Under the pieces are notes generated by a model. That model was not told the DNA's origin. It was given only the letters and a program-made list of their open reading frames with translations, and did no database searches. A stretch of DNA of 63,780 bases, filler included, from Craspedostauros australis (taxonomy: Eukaryota): the NCBI GenBank assembly GCA_030167865.1. It is 14 parts of 14 records of this genome, joined end to end, with 100 filler letters (N's around TTAATTAATTAA, not from the genome) between each part and the next. Parts side by side here need not be neighbours in the genome. Positions count along the whole stretch, not along the records: positions 1 to 2,904 come from JALAGF010006103.1; positions 3,005 to 4,898 come from JALAGF010006104.1; positions 4,999 to 14,695 come from JALAGF010006105.1; 11 more parts are not named here. One strand, given 5' to 3'. Each line of letters begins with the position of its first letter. Within the stretch, counting starts at the first letter, position 1. A program made the position numbers and the translations under genes. Below, one piece after another: positions 1 to 11,300 of this stretch.

Positions 1-2
1 CT

Positions 3-398
3 GGAGCATGCAGCGGGTTGGGCAGCTGCATGGATCTCGGACGTCGTTCCAACCAGGGAAAGCGTGTGCTCTCGCCCGTCATCGCCGACATCATCATCGG
101 AGACAACGCATGCCAAGGACAAAATGCATGCAAGAATGCCCACAGAGGTGATTCCAAGAATCTTGGAAGCCTTTTTATTGGGGACAGTGCGTGTGCGTCG
201 ACAAGTAGCTGCGATGGTGTCGCTAACAGTGACGCTGCCGTTGATGACCTTGTCATTGCTCCAGGTACTTGCATTTCGACGAGCAGCTGCCAAAACTGTG
301 TCGACACAGACATGTGTCCAGGATCCACCGCGTCTACCTATACCATCGATAATCCAACCACGGACTGCTCAACGCCAAACCCAGCTGCCTGCTCTTGA
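3..398 (+). CDS. 3' end of a Cys-rich repeat protein (IGxxACxGxxAC repeats); paralogue of the gene at 15778-18406
   Basis: Frame is open from the window edge. IIIGDNACQGQNACKNAH...GSLFIGDSACASTSSC...DDLVIAPGTCISTSSCQNC aligns by eye with IFIGKNACVGELACGNVH...GSLVIEDGACADAEAC...NDIIVRAGECSAAASDCENC in the 15778 gene. Confidence 0.75.
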   Translation, partial: GACSGLGSCMDLGRRSNQGKRVLSPVIADIIIGDNACQGQNACKNAHRGDSKNLGSLFIGDSACASTSSCDGVANSDAAVDDLVIAPGTCISTSSCQNCVDTDMCPGSTASTYTIDNPTTDCSTPNPAACS

Positions 399-1322
399 GG
401 TGTTCACAGTGAAGGCATGTGCAGGGAGAGACGTCCAGAAATGGCTCAAATGGAACACCATCTCGAATGCTCAGTCATTGAGAGGGTAGTGTTCTGATGG
501 TTGATCATCCTGCTTGAGTTTGACGGTAGCCCCTGATCATTCTCATCGCACACTCGCTATTGATGAATGGATTGATAACCGAAACGAGTGGATGGTACGG
601 ATGGTACATGGAGGTGCTGCTTCCGCGCCTATCACCATCACCGCCACCTGCATCGGAAGGTCTCTATTCTTCAACCAGAACATTGCAAGCACCTTGCAAC
701 GTACACCACATACAAATAACATTAAAACTCTAAAATATTTGACTATCCCTTCATGACCTAGGGGATTACTTCGATCCAATATAAATTTCATTCTCACCCC
801 ATTCCGTTTTTGACCGCAACTTTTACATGTACCCCTCCACTTTTCTTGTACCAACGGAATCCTTGGGAGTTGGCGCTTCTNNNNNNNNNNNNNNNNNNNN
901 NNNNNNNNNNNNNNNNNNNNNNNNNNNNNNNCCTCCGAAGTACTCGTGAATCGTTTTTTCGGCGACGGGACTGATGGGAAAACTCATCAGCGAGGCCATC
1001 ATCGCTGATTTTCGCGACACATCAATGATTTTTTCGGTGCTCACATCTCTCACATCTCTCAACTCGATCGCCGTTTTTGCATGCATCACTTGGCATGCGT
1101 GTTCATACAGCTCCATGGATGCCTCCCAGCACATTGCTTCGCTGATGATCTCCGTGGCCCATNNNNNNNNNNNNNNNNNNNNNNNNNNNNNNNNNNNNNN
1201 NNNNNNNNNNNNNNNNNNNNNNNNNNNNNNNNNNNNNNNNNNNNNNNNNNNNNNNNNNNNNNNNNNNNNNNNNNNNNNNNNNNNNNNNNNNNNNNNNNNN
1301 NNNATCTCATGCACCCGCGGCC

Positions 1323-2217
1323 ATGCCTGCATCATCTCCGGCTTCTCCCACATCCAAGCGTGCCAAAGCATCCAAGCCTTCTTCCAATGGCGCGGCAAGC
1401 TACAATTGTGCCAAACCCTTCGTGGTATTCCTCAACAGCAATTGGAGAAAATCCCTTCATGCTACCAATGGAGTGACGGGAGACTGTTCCGCAGGAGCAC
1501 CAATCGCAAGCAGCAAGAGAGTATGCAATGGCAACAGTGCCTGCATCAGTGTGGCTGGTACCACCACTGCAAGCATAATTGAAAGCAACAGGCGCAGCAG
1601 TCGCATTATCGAGCGCCTCAAACGCAAACTTGCATTGAGGTGCGGAAGAAAAAACGAGAGGAGTGGCCCAATTGCAACCAACAACAGCAACAATGGCACG
1701 GCCAGCAATGACGGCGCGGCCAGCAACAATGGCACGGCCAGCAGCAATGGCATGGCCAGCAACCATGGCACAGCCAGCAACAATGGCACAGCCAGCAGCA
1801 AGGGCACGGCCAGCAACAATGGAGCAACTGCTGTGAATGGCACAGCCATTCCTGTGCATGGAGCCGACAACAATGTTGCCTATGCACCACTCCCCATCAG
1901 TTCCCACAAGCCACTCTTCCGGTCAGTTGGAGGTTTCAACCCATCAGTTGATACCATCCTGGAGGTTTACTTCTCACGGCAACTCATCAAGTCCATGCAA
2001 GTCCACACCAACAACCATATCTTCAACAGTGGATCCACGGCCAGCTTTGTTTCAGTGAAGGAGATCTACCTCTTCCTTGCAATCTACTACTACATGGGAG
2101 TCTTCAAGGCACCAGCCAAGCGGGATTATTGGTGCGCCCCGTCCATTGGTGTACCATCCCACCTGCTCACAAAGTACATGACACGAGCAAGATATGAAGT
2201 TGTGTGGAACCACATTC
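1323..2217 (+). mobile_element. piggyBac-like (DDE_Tnp_1_7) transposase, N-terminal fragment
   Basis: EIYLFLAIYYYMGVFKAPAKRDYW...YMTRARYEVVWNHI matches the conserved N-terminal block of piggyBac/PGBD transposases. Cut off by a gap. Confidence 0.75.
1689..1814 (+). repeat. 18-bp coding minisatellite, 7 units (AACAATGGCACGGCCAGC; NNGTAS)
   Basis: Read directly; in frame in the transposase N-terminus. Confidence 0.9.
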
Positions 2218-2267
2218 NNNNNNNNNNNNNNNNNNNNNNNNNNNNNNNNNNNNNNNNNNNNNNNNNN

Positions 2268-2904
2268 CAACAGGCGCAGCAGTCGCATTATCGAGCGCCT
2301 CAAACGCAAACTTGCGTTGAGGTGCGGAAGAAAAAACGAGAGGAGTGGCCCGATTGCAACCAACAACAGCAACGATGGCACGGCCAGCAATGATGGCGCG
2401 GCCAGCAACAATGGCACAGCCAGCAGCAATGGCACGGCCAGCAACAATGGCGCAGCCAGCAACAATGGCACGGCCAGCAGCAATGGCACGGCCAGCAACA
2501 ATGGCACGGCCAGCAATGATGGCACGGCCAGCAACAATGGCACAGCCAGCAACAATGGCACAGCCAGCAGCAACGGCACGGCCAGCAACAATGGAGCAAC
2601 TGCTGTGAATGGCACAGCCATTCCTGTGCATGGAGCCGACAACAATGTTGCCTATGCACCACTCCCCATCAGTTCCCACAAGCCACTCTTCCGGTCAGTT
2701 GGAGGTTTCAACCCATCAGTTGATACCATCCTGGAGGTTTACTTCTCACGGCAACTCATCAAGTCCATGCAAGTCCACACCAACAACCATATCTTCAACA
2801 GTGGATCCACGGCCAGCTTTGTTTCAGTGAAGGAGATCTACCTCTTCCTTGCAATCTACTACTACATGGGAGTCTTCAAGGCACCAGCCAAGCGGGATTA
2901 TTGG
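2268..2904 (+). mobile_element. Second copy (allele or paralogue) of the piggyBac-like fragment
   Basis: Near-identical to about 1586-2133 except for repeat number; separated from it by a 50-N gap. Confidence 0.75.
2371..2586 (+). repeat. 18-bp coding minisatellite, 12 units (NNGTAS)
   Basis: Read directly; 5 units longer than the first copy. Confidence 0.9.
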
Positions 2905-3004
2905 NNNNNNNNNNNNNNNNNNNNNNNNNNNNNNNNNNNNNNNNNNNNTTAATTAATTAANNNNNNNNNNNNNNNNNNNNNNNNNNNNNNNNNNNNNNNN
3001 NNNN
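2905..3004. other. Artificial scaffold linker N44-TTAATTAATTAA-N44 (first of 13)
   Basis: Same structure at 4899-4998, 14696-14795, 18407-18506, 20748-20847, 28148-28247, 33289-33388, 39765-39864, 42601-42700, 45431-45530, 47385-47484, 56991-57090 and 61694-61793. The 12-mer places stop codons in all six frames. Confidence 0.97.
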
Positions 3005-3327
3005 CTGTCACCAGTCTCTTTCTGCACCATGTCAACAGCTCAGCAGATGATCATGGCATCCCATGTCCAAGGGGAACAAAGCAGGTTGTGCAGGACTTTG
3101 TAGAACATTCACAAACTAAGCCAAGTACTATTTAGTATTGTATTTTGTTGTGCATAGCAAAGGATAAGTCACTGCCCTCCATTACATTACATAATATTAT
3201 GTTGTGTAGCATTCACACNTGTGGCTGGTGTGGCCGACATGTAGGGATGNCACCACCAATGCTTTGCTGCTTGACACAAAACCGGCAGGAGGAAACACCC
3301 AAAGGAGCCAAATCACCAACAGCGTGA

Positions 3328-3366
3328 CACCGGACCTGTCGCCGGACCTGTCACCGGACCTGTCAC
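3328..3366. repeat. 12-bp tandem repeat (CACCGGACCTGT) x3
   Basis: Read directly. Confidence 0.85.
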
Positions 3367-3563
3367 AACATCACCATCCACACCATTGATTACAATTTCG
3401 GTCTGTCATCGGCCGTCAATGACGTCATGCTTTTTGTCCGCGTTGAGGACAAGCCAGCCAGTATTGGTGTCGTAGACATATAGCTAAATATGTCTAACCC
3501 TATTCAACAACAAGGTACATAGACGGCTAAGAAAGTAGTGTTGTCCGATTCGCTATATTCAGG

Positions 3564-3630
3564 AAAACATGACGGTACCCAGCATGGGGCTTACAGAAAA
3601 CACGATGGTACCCAGCACGGGGCTTGCAAG
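3564..3630. repeat. 33-bp tandem duplication (AAAACAYGAYGGTACCCAGCAYGGGGCTTRCAR)
   Basis: Read directly; the two copies differ mostly by C/T and G/A transitions. Confidence 0.8.
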
Positions 3631-3801
3631 AACCACTGAATTGGCAGCAGGAGAATTGTTCTTGCTCACCACAACCACCTTCCGTTCGCAAACAGTACGT
3701 CTGGCTCATGCAACCACCAGTTTTGCGCCCAGCAGTTGGATGTGGCGAGTTGACGCCAGGAGGATCCATTCACGAATTGTGGACAGCAAAACCGATGAAG
3801 C

Positions 3802-4018
3802 GCATTTAATGCACTTCAAATGCATTTTTTGCACTCCATTTGCATTTAATGCACTCCAATTGCATTTAATGCACTTCAAATGCATNNNNNNNNNNNNNNN
3901 NNNNNNNNNNNNNNNNNNNNNNNNNNNNNNNNNNNGCACTTCAAATGCATTTAATGCACTTCAAGTGCATTTTTTGAACCCCAAATGCATTAAATGCACT
4001 CCAAGTGCATTAAATGCA
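3802..4018. repeat. 20-bp-period array of TGCA-based palindromic units (TGCATTTAATGCACTYCAAW)
   Basis: TGCA recurs at alternating 9- and 11-bp spacing; interrupted by a 50-N gap. Confidence 0.85.
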
Positions 4019-7000
4019 AGAGGAAGCAGGTTCGACGGGACTCGATGACACTTCAACCAAACGGAAGCAATGACTAAATTTGTCCGAGTATCACCGATTG
4101 ATAAAGTGGTAATATCAATGAATCAAACGAAGACGTCGCTGCGACATTGCTTTGTCAACATCTCACAAACAACGAAGAAACACAACAAATGACAAAAAGC
4201 ACTTTGGGGTCGTACTAGTCGTAAGCTGAAGTATTTGATGCACTTGCCGGGTGTCCCTGAATTGTTGTTTCCTTTCACGGTTTTGGCGATCAGCGAAATG
4301 ACCACTCAGTCACGTTTACAGATTGAGTCATGACCCCTCATTTCTTTTGTGTCTTCCTTGTCCCTGTCATGACACTTCACCTTCGACACAATCGATTCAT
4401 TGTGACGTCACGCTATCAACGAATTCGCGCTCAAATCGGAGATGCAAAAATGATCACAACAAAATGCCGTCGTCAACCAAAATTCGAATGGCGTTGCACC
4501 GAACTGAATTGGAACAACAGACGAAGAAGGCAAGCAATACGACAGCAGCAGCAAGCGCTGGTTCTGTCTCGACATCCGGACGTAGACACACACGCGCGCA
4601 CGCAAACACTCATACACGCGCACACACATGCGCATACACATGTACATGCACATGTGCCGAGACATCACAAAGAAAATGCAGAGCTTTCATGTTTGCTTAC
4701 GACATGTGCGAGTACGTATGGATAATACCACTGATTTCTGAATTCATGTTGGTACTATTGTCCGTTCGGGGTCTGCAGTCTTCACAGCCATAGCCATGTT
4801 GCTGCCTACTCGCCTGAATTGTATGTGTCTGTTCATAGGTCATGGTCGTATGGGCAAGTTGGAGTGCACGGTCGTGTCGTATGGAAGCAAAGTATTCANN
4901 NNNNNNNNNNNNNNNNNNNNNNNNNNNNNNNNNNNNNNNNNNTTAATTAATTAANNNNNNNNNNNNNNNNNNNNNNNNNNNNNNNNNNNNNNNNNNNNAG
5001 AAAGACGGTCATTCTTTGCCAACAGAAGTTCGCACAGCGACCACCACTTCTGTCCGTTACCATCGAACCAGTGTCAAGTTCATGCACGCGTTGTTGGATA
5101 ATGGCTGTCTGCTACTTCGTGTTTCTTGGACGCGTGGAATGTCAGTGTGCCGCGCCTTTCCAACACGCTGCGTGGGGAAGACGATGTCGTTGCAACATCC
5201 GACCAAAGTCGTACCTCCGTCGGATCATGTCATCTCGACAACCAACCTACGTCATCTGATGTCTGATCAATGTTTGACCAATGTAAGACCAATGTTACCG
5301 TAAAGTATGACATTGCGGCGGCAGGNTTTTTCCATGTTTCGAAGGCGCAACTTGCCACCCCCCTCTGCGATCACTCAGAATGATTAGTTCGCAACTATAC
5401 ACATAGAATGACCAAAGGAGGCCTCCCCTATCACGTAATGGCACTTTTGTTGCCATTAATATTATAATGATCTCTACAGAGGGTGTCTAAATTTGCGTGA
5501 TTAGCCTTACTTCTAGCAAAAATGTCAATTACGTCATTCACATGTCAGACATACATCATACNNATGTATGATGTTTGTCAGCTGATTGCATACTGACGTC
5601 GGATGTTGATCAGCTTGCTGTGCATGCTGGTCCGACCAACGTCGTACGACGTCGAGTGGACCTCATAGCGACGTGACTGTTTGCCACAACAACGCACTTG
5701 TGTCTGTCTAGCGCGGAAACATGCCTGCATACACAACATCAACGAAGCGGCGATGTTCATCATCCTCGCGGTAGCAAACGGGTTGTTCTTGCGTGACACA
5801 TGTCCGTTCTGTTGCTCACCAAAGAAGCACAACAATTAATCATTCACATCTCGCCACCACCGCAGCGGAGGATTCGCTACTCACAAGGTCGAGCAGAAAC
5901 TGGCATTCTCTTGCGGTTTGACATTCGACGGCAGTCACGGCAAACCAACAGAAGTAAAAATGCTTTATCTTTACGACCAGGTAGTTTGCATTGTTTTCTG
6001 TCAATAGTCATAGGTCAGCAGTGGTGGGTGATGCCTGTTTTGTGCATGTCATCTTGGTGCGGAACGGGGGCAGCTCAGGAAGACCTGAACTGCGCACGTG
6101 TCAACGAACTGGGCGCTATCATACCGATACCAGAAAGGGGGATGTGCGCAAGATCTATCATCCACGACATCACAAGCAACATCGATTTCCAGACAGATGT
6201 ATCACCAGACAGCTACGTTTACGGCACGACTGCGGACGTCCACGAGCAACACTCCACTCTCCAACAATGCTGTACTCTTGACGTGATCCATAGTATTCTG
6301 GTGAAATGATAGTATCGGATGACACTCATGCGACGAGACACCGCGATGAACACGACAGCAGGCTGGTTCCTTCGCAACCACTTTTGTGTGCTTTGCAGCT
6401 CTCAGTCGCACAAGATGGTTCGTTCGCATGTGTTGTTGCCACCTGTTTACGCAGACAACTCCGCTTCCGCAGGTGATGGTGCCGTGGCGGTCACAGTGAC
6501 ATTCCCCCAACTACTGGTGCAATGGCTGTTGTGTGGTTCACTCAAACATCATACAAGCATTGTGCGGGTACGGTTTGACTTGACATTTCCTCTGTGTTGT
6601 GTCAAGACATTTTTGGTCCGGCAAAACCACGGTCCGATTGCATGACGTTTTGCGTTTCGCTCGATTTGCTTCCTCGATGGATTGTGGCACAGCATCATTC
6701 TACGCAATCATTGGTGCGGTGGCAATGTGCGTTCCCTCAGACATAGTACAGTTGGCCACACAGAGAGCTCCTATCAATCAACACATCGGATGATGATGGT
6801 GCTGTTGATGTTGTGGTGGAAATCATGAAACACATCCTACTTTGGCCAGCAGTTCGAAACCAGGAATCTCGGCTAAAACTGATATTCATTGAACGGACAA
6901 ACGAACATGATGTAGGACCAACGTTGGATAACGTGCTATTTCACAATGTCCAATATGCGCACAACTGTTAACTAAAGTACGATCAATGTGTATTCAAAAT

Positions 7001-7862
7001 CGGACAATACGGCATAATGTCCGAAATACGGTGCGATATCCCAACAATACCGCAACCTCCAAGATCGCAACGTCCCAATGTTCGAAAGTGTTGCGGAACT
7101 CCGTGTTGTTAACTATGCTTCACATACATTGGACATCTTGTGAGCACTCGCTGGGTGTGTGTCCACGATTAGAACGTGCTTGTGTTGGTGGAGACAGTTC
7201 CTGTTTCTTGTTGATGTCCTTCGATTCTGTGGAGATTTCCAAGGTTTCCCTCCAAGAGATGCGTTTTGTGGGTACGCGACAAACTTCGCACCTGTACGTC
7301 TGGATGGAGTGGACGCTTACCACCAGCGGCAAAGGTGAGGGAACGACTGTGTTCTTCACCCCGTTTCTTTTAGGCTGATTGGCCGTTGTTCCCCGCGAAC
7401 ACTGAAAGGAATGTGGTGAAGGGTGACGACAAGGATCATCCGCTTTGATCAGCAACACTTATCCTCCGAGTGGCTTTGTTTTGTCGTTTGTGGAATTGGC
7501 AACCCAGCAGGTTTGTGTTCAAAGCATGTGATTTTGCGTTGGGCCATCGCGATCACCAGTTTAATTGTACTGGTTGACGACATCCTATACTCCAGTACTG
7601 TGGCCGAGCATAACAAACTCAAAGCGGCATGAAATTGCAGAACAACAATTGCCAGTTCTGTTTCCGTTTCGAAACCGCCTCAAAGGAAGAAGCCGTCCCA
7701 CAAAGGTACTCCAAAACCATGGTTCCCTTGTTGATACTAGCACAATTGCAATATTAATGTAATATTACCGCCAACTTCCAAAGATTCATACCACAAACAA
7801 CAACGATGACGACGGCGACGAAAAGAATCAAACCATGAACAACACCCTCGCAGCGTCCAGTC

Positions 7863-7881
7863 ATAATAATAATAATAATAA
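7863..7881 (-). repeat. (TTA)6 3' tail of the LINE
   Basis: ATAATAATAATAATAATAA on the + strand marks the switch from GC-rich UTR to flank. Confidence 0.65.
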
Positions 7882-8096
7882 CTCACAATGATTAAGTCCA
7901 AACCGGACCTGCCCCGTGGGCTTTAGACTCGCCCGCACTCGCCACAAGGGGCACTGGCTGGGTCGAGTATGCTACAAACAAATCCACCGCCATCCGCCAA
8001 ACGGTCTCACCGACCCGGGCACGCAAACCATGCGCATGAGACCCGAAGGCCCCGCCACACACCGCCGCAGACCGCATCCCGCGAATATCCGTAGGA

Positions 8097-8161
8097 GCCA
8101 ATGCCATCACTCTGGCACACGGCCGCCAGCGGCAGCTGTGTGCCAGAGTGATGGCATTGGC
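8097..8161. repeat. 31-bp inverted repeat (hairpin) in the LINE 3' UTR
   Basis: GCCAATGCCATCACTCTGGCACACggccgcc-agc-ggcagctGTGTGCCAGAGTGATGGCATTGGC; the outer 24 bp pair perfectly. Confidence 0.9.
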
Positions 8162-8317
8162 GAAGGCACCTGTTCTCCTCCATCACCCTACTGTCCTGAT
8201 CGTCCCTTCGGCGTCGAGTTGGCCACCATGTACTTTCCGTCATCACTGCGTGCACCGCACGAGGCCGGTGCTTGCGCCCTTCCTCTTCCACCTGTCCTGT
8301 CACGCCCCACCGTCAAC

Positions 8318-11300
8318 TCAGTCCTCCTGTTCTGCGTCACCGGTCTCGTGGTCTGGGCCTGCCGCCCTCACTGCCCTGACGAAACTCAGCCATGCCGTGC
8401 GCGTTTCCACCCCCATACCCTGGCCAGGCCCGCCGCCTTCCCTAGCCACCGCCATGTCCTGTCGGAGCCATCCGTCGAACCCTGTCGCTCTCTCCTCATG
8501 CTCTCTCGCGCGATCCAATCCTGCCTCAACCCTTGCTTGGGCTGCCGCCGCTTGACTTTTGGCCTTGTTGCGCGCACGCCATAGACCATGCACCAACCGC
8601 CACCCAGCCAGCACCGCATCCCGGGACCAGCACTCCACCGTGTAGTATGGTCTGCCTGTACCATACTCCTCGAACCATTGACTCTGCCGTTCCCCCCACT
8701 CTACCGGCATCCAGCCCATTAGCACCTGCCACCAACACGGCGCCTCGGCTTCGCTGAAATCCGGCCTCACCGACCTGCCGCAATGCGCACGGAGACTAGC
8801 GTAAATGTAGCTCGTCAGGGGCCCACTGGTGCCAATAGCCTCCAGCTCCTCAATGTACTGTTGGAAACACCGTTCCCACGACTCCCCGGATCTCGGGCAC
8901 TGGACCACATGTTGCGTGGACTCCTCCCCCCCGCACCATGGGCACCTTTCCTCGCAACCGTACTGTCGCAACTTCCGGCCCACGCCGATGAACCCCGTCG
9001 TCATCTTAGCCACAAAGAGACGCTGCGACCACGAGGCCCGCCCGAACGCCTTGCGCCGCCCGCACTCCACAATGGAACTAGCCGCTGGTAACGTCATGCT
9101 CATCTTCGCACCCCAGTACGCATCGACCGCGGCCCCTACAATGGCATCGTGGGTATCGGCCGCTGCCCATGATGACCGCGTGTCCCCGACCCGTAGTTGC
9201 CACCCGAAAGAACCCTCGCCCCTCCAGACCGGCCGCGGCTTCCCCCTTTTGGAGGCCCAGTACCACTTGGCCTCAGCGTCACAATGCACGTTCAGAACGG
9301 CCCACCGGTCGAGGCCTCCTGGCCCGTCATCTTGGTGTCCTCTCACCCACCTGAATCGCACTGCCAACGACAGGCGGCTGCGCAATGCCCGAATGTGATC
9401 CAACAGATCGAACGACGGCTGGTGCACCCCAGCGACCCCGTCCCTACAGTTCTCCATGGCCTTCATGCCGTCCAGCCCTATCACCAGGGGCCCTGCCCCC
9501 AGATCGCCACCCTGCTGCAACAGCAACAGCTCTCGCAAGATTCCGGCCACACCCGCTAGCTCGCTTCGGTAGGCCGACTGCACCGCTGTGGCACCTGGCA
9601 CCACATTACACCCCGTTCTCTGGAGTCCTGAGTCCATGACGGATAGCACATATGCGGACGCGCCGAAACCCATCTTGAACGAACCATCGCTTACCGCCAT
9701 AACGTCGCCCCGTCGGATCGCTGCGCGTAGCTCTCGGTCCGAGATGTCCCCTCGAACGCTGCGTCTCTCCCAATACGTCTCCTCGCCGTGGCCTGGGATG
9801 GTAGAGCTCGGCTCCAAGGTCTCCCCGATGCGTTCCGGCCTTGTCTCACCCAGCACCACCCCTCCTAACGTCTCTCGCTTAACTGACGCCCTGCTGGCTG
9901 CAGGTGGTAATCGGTTCTCCACTTGCCGCGTCGCGCGGAACACGGGCCCTCGAGCCTGCCGCCCTCTGTCTGGGCGCCACACTTGAAACCCACGCCCGGT
10001 TCGTCGCCATACGGTCTCCCTGGACTCGTCGGGCCACCACCAGATCCATGCACGGTCGCTGCGCAGCCACGCCTTCAGCCGCCTCCGCAGCCGCAGATGG
10101 CGATCCTCCGTAAGGCCCTCAATCCACTCCTGCCATACCAACCAGTGACGCCGGGAGAGTTTCTCAGGTGTTCGAGGCCATCCCGGGGACGCCTGCACAC
10201 CCGCTCCCACCCCGTCGTATGCCCTCTTCATGACGCTGGTGCCATCTGCCGTCACCATGTCGGCCAACGTGGTGATCCCCAACTGCAGTCGGCACTCGTT
10301 GAGGAGTGCTTTCTTCGTCTTGCTGTACCCCTGGTTGCGCCAGCTGTCCAGCAAGAACACGTTTCCAACCTGCTGCCGTCGTACGGACGGACCCTTGTCC
10401 GTGATGGATACTCCGAACCGCTGGGCTGCTGCCCACACTTGCGTGACCCACGTGTGCGTCACATGCCCTGCGCAGTCGGCGAAGCTTTGCAGGAAGAGTG
10501 GTCCACCCCCTGCTGTCTCCAGCTTGGTCTGTTCGATGGACAGCTCGATCAATCTGCCCGTTACTGTGCCCTCCTTCACCTCGTGCGCCATCGTTTGTAG
10601 TTGCTGCGCCAACTGCCACGCCCACGGGTTGCACATTCCAATGCCTCCTCGGCGTCGTGGCCCATACAGCACCGCTCTCGGGAACGATCGTGACACTCCC
10701 CCTCGCGGTAGCGCTTTTGTCCAGACCGGCGCGTACACAAATTCCCATTGCTTCTGGCTCAGGGTGACCGCCTCCATGGGGTACTCCAGCGTCTTGGTGA
10801 TGCGGGTAGTGATTGCCATCCACACCTGTTCCTGGCTGAGTCCCCCTGATACCACTTTGTCGGCGAAGTCATCGGCTTTCTTTCGCAGATATCTTACTTG
10901 TGCCTCTGAAGTGCCTTTCATGTTCATGAACACTCCCAGCATTTGTTCTGACTCCCCCAGTTCCAGCCTTCGCAGGGTGGTGCGGGTCCCTTGCGCATCC
11001 CTCACTTCGAGCTGTGCTTCCACGTCTCGCCCTTGTAGCATCCGCCATCGGCCTGCTTTGTAGGCAAACGCCACACCCCACCAAAAGCTCTTTGCTGGCA
11101 CCAAAGCGCCTCCGGTCGCCCGAAGCACCCCTTCCCAGTCCTCTAGTGCTTGCTGCGCACCGCCATGGACCTCCCCAAACGTCTGGCCCGGTTGCGAGAT
11201 CATGAGGTCCGCGTCGTCCACAAAGCTGAGGCCCACAAGGCCCACATCCTTACCACTGAGGACCGATATGAAGCGCGCTCCGTGTTGGCGTGCTCTCATG

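Noticed and set aside
1332..2679. Minus-strand hydrophobic or Cys/Trp repeat ORFs (LLLAVP, CCWPCH)
   Set aside because: They are antisense shadows of the 18-bp minisatellite.
2949..2960. Recurrent TTAATTAATTAA as piggyBac TTAA target sites or CRISPR-like repeats
   Set aside because: It is always centred between two 44-N runs, so it is a synthetic linker.
4999..7860. Several 60-170 aa ORFs
   Set aside because: No domain motifs or consistent coding frame; treated as intergenic or decayed repeat.
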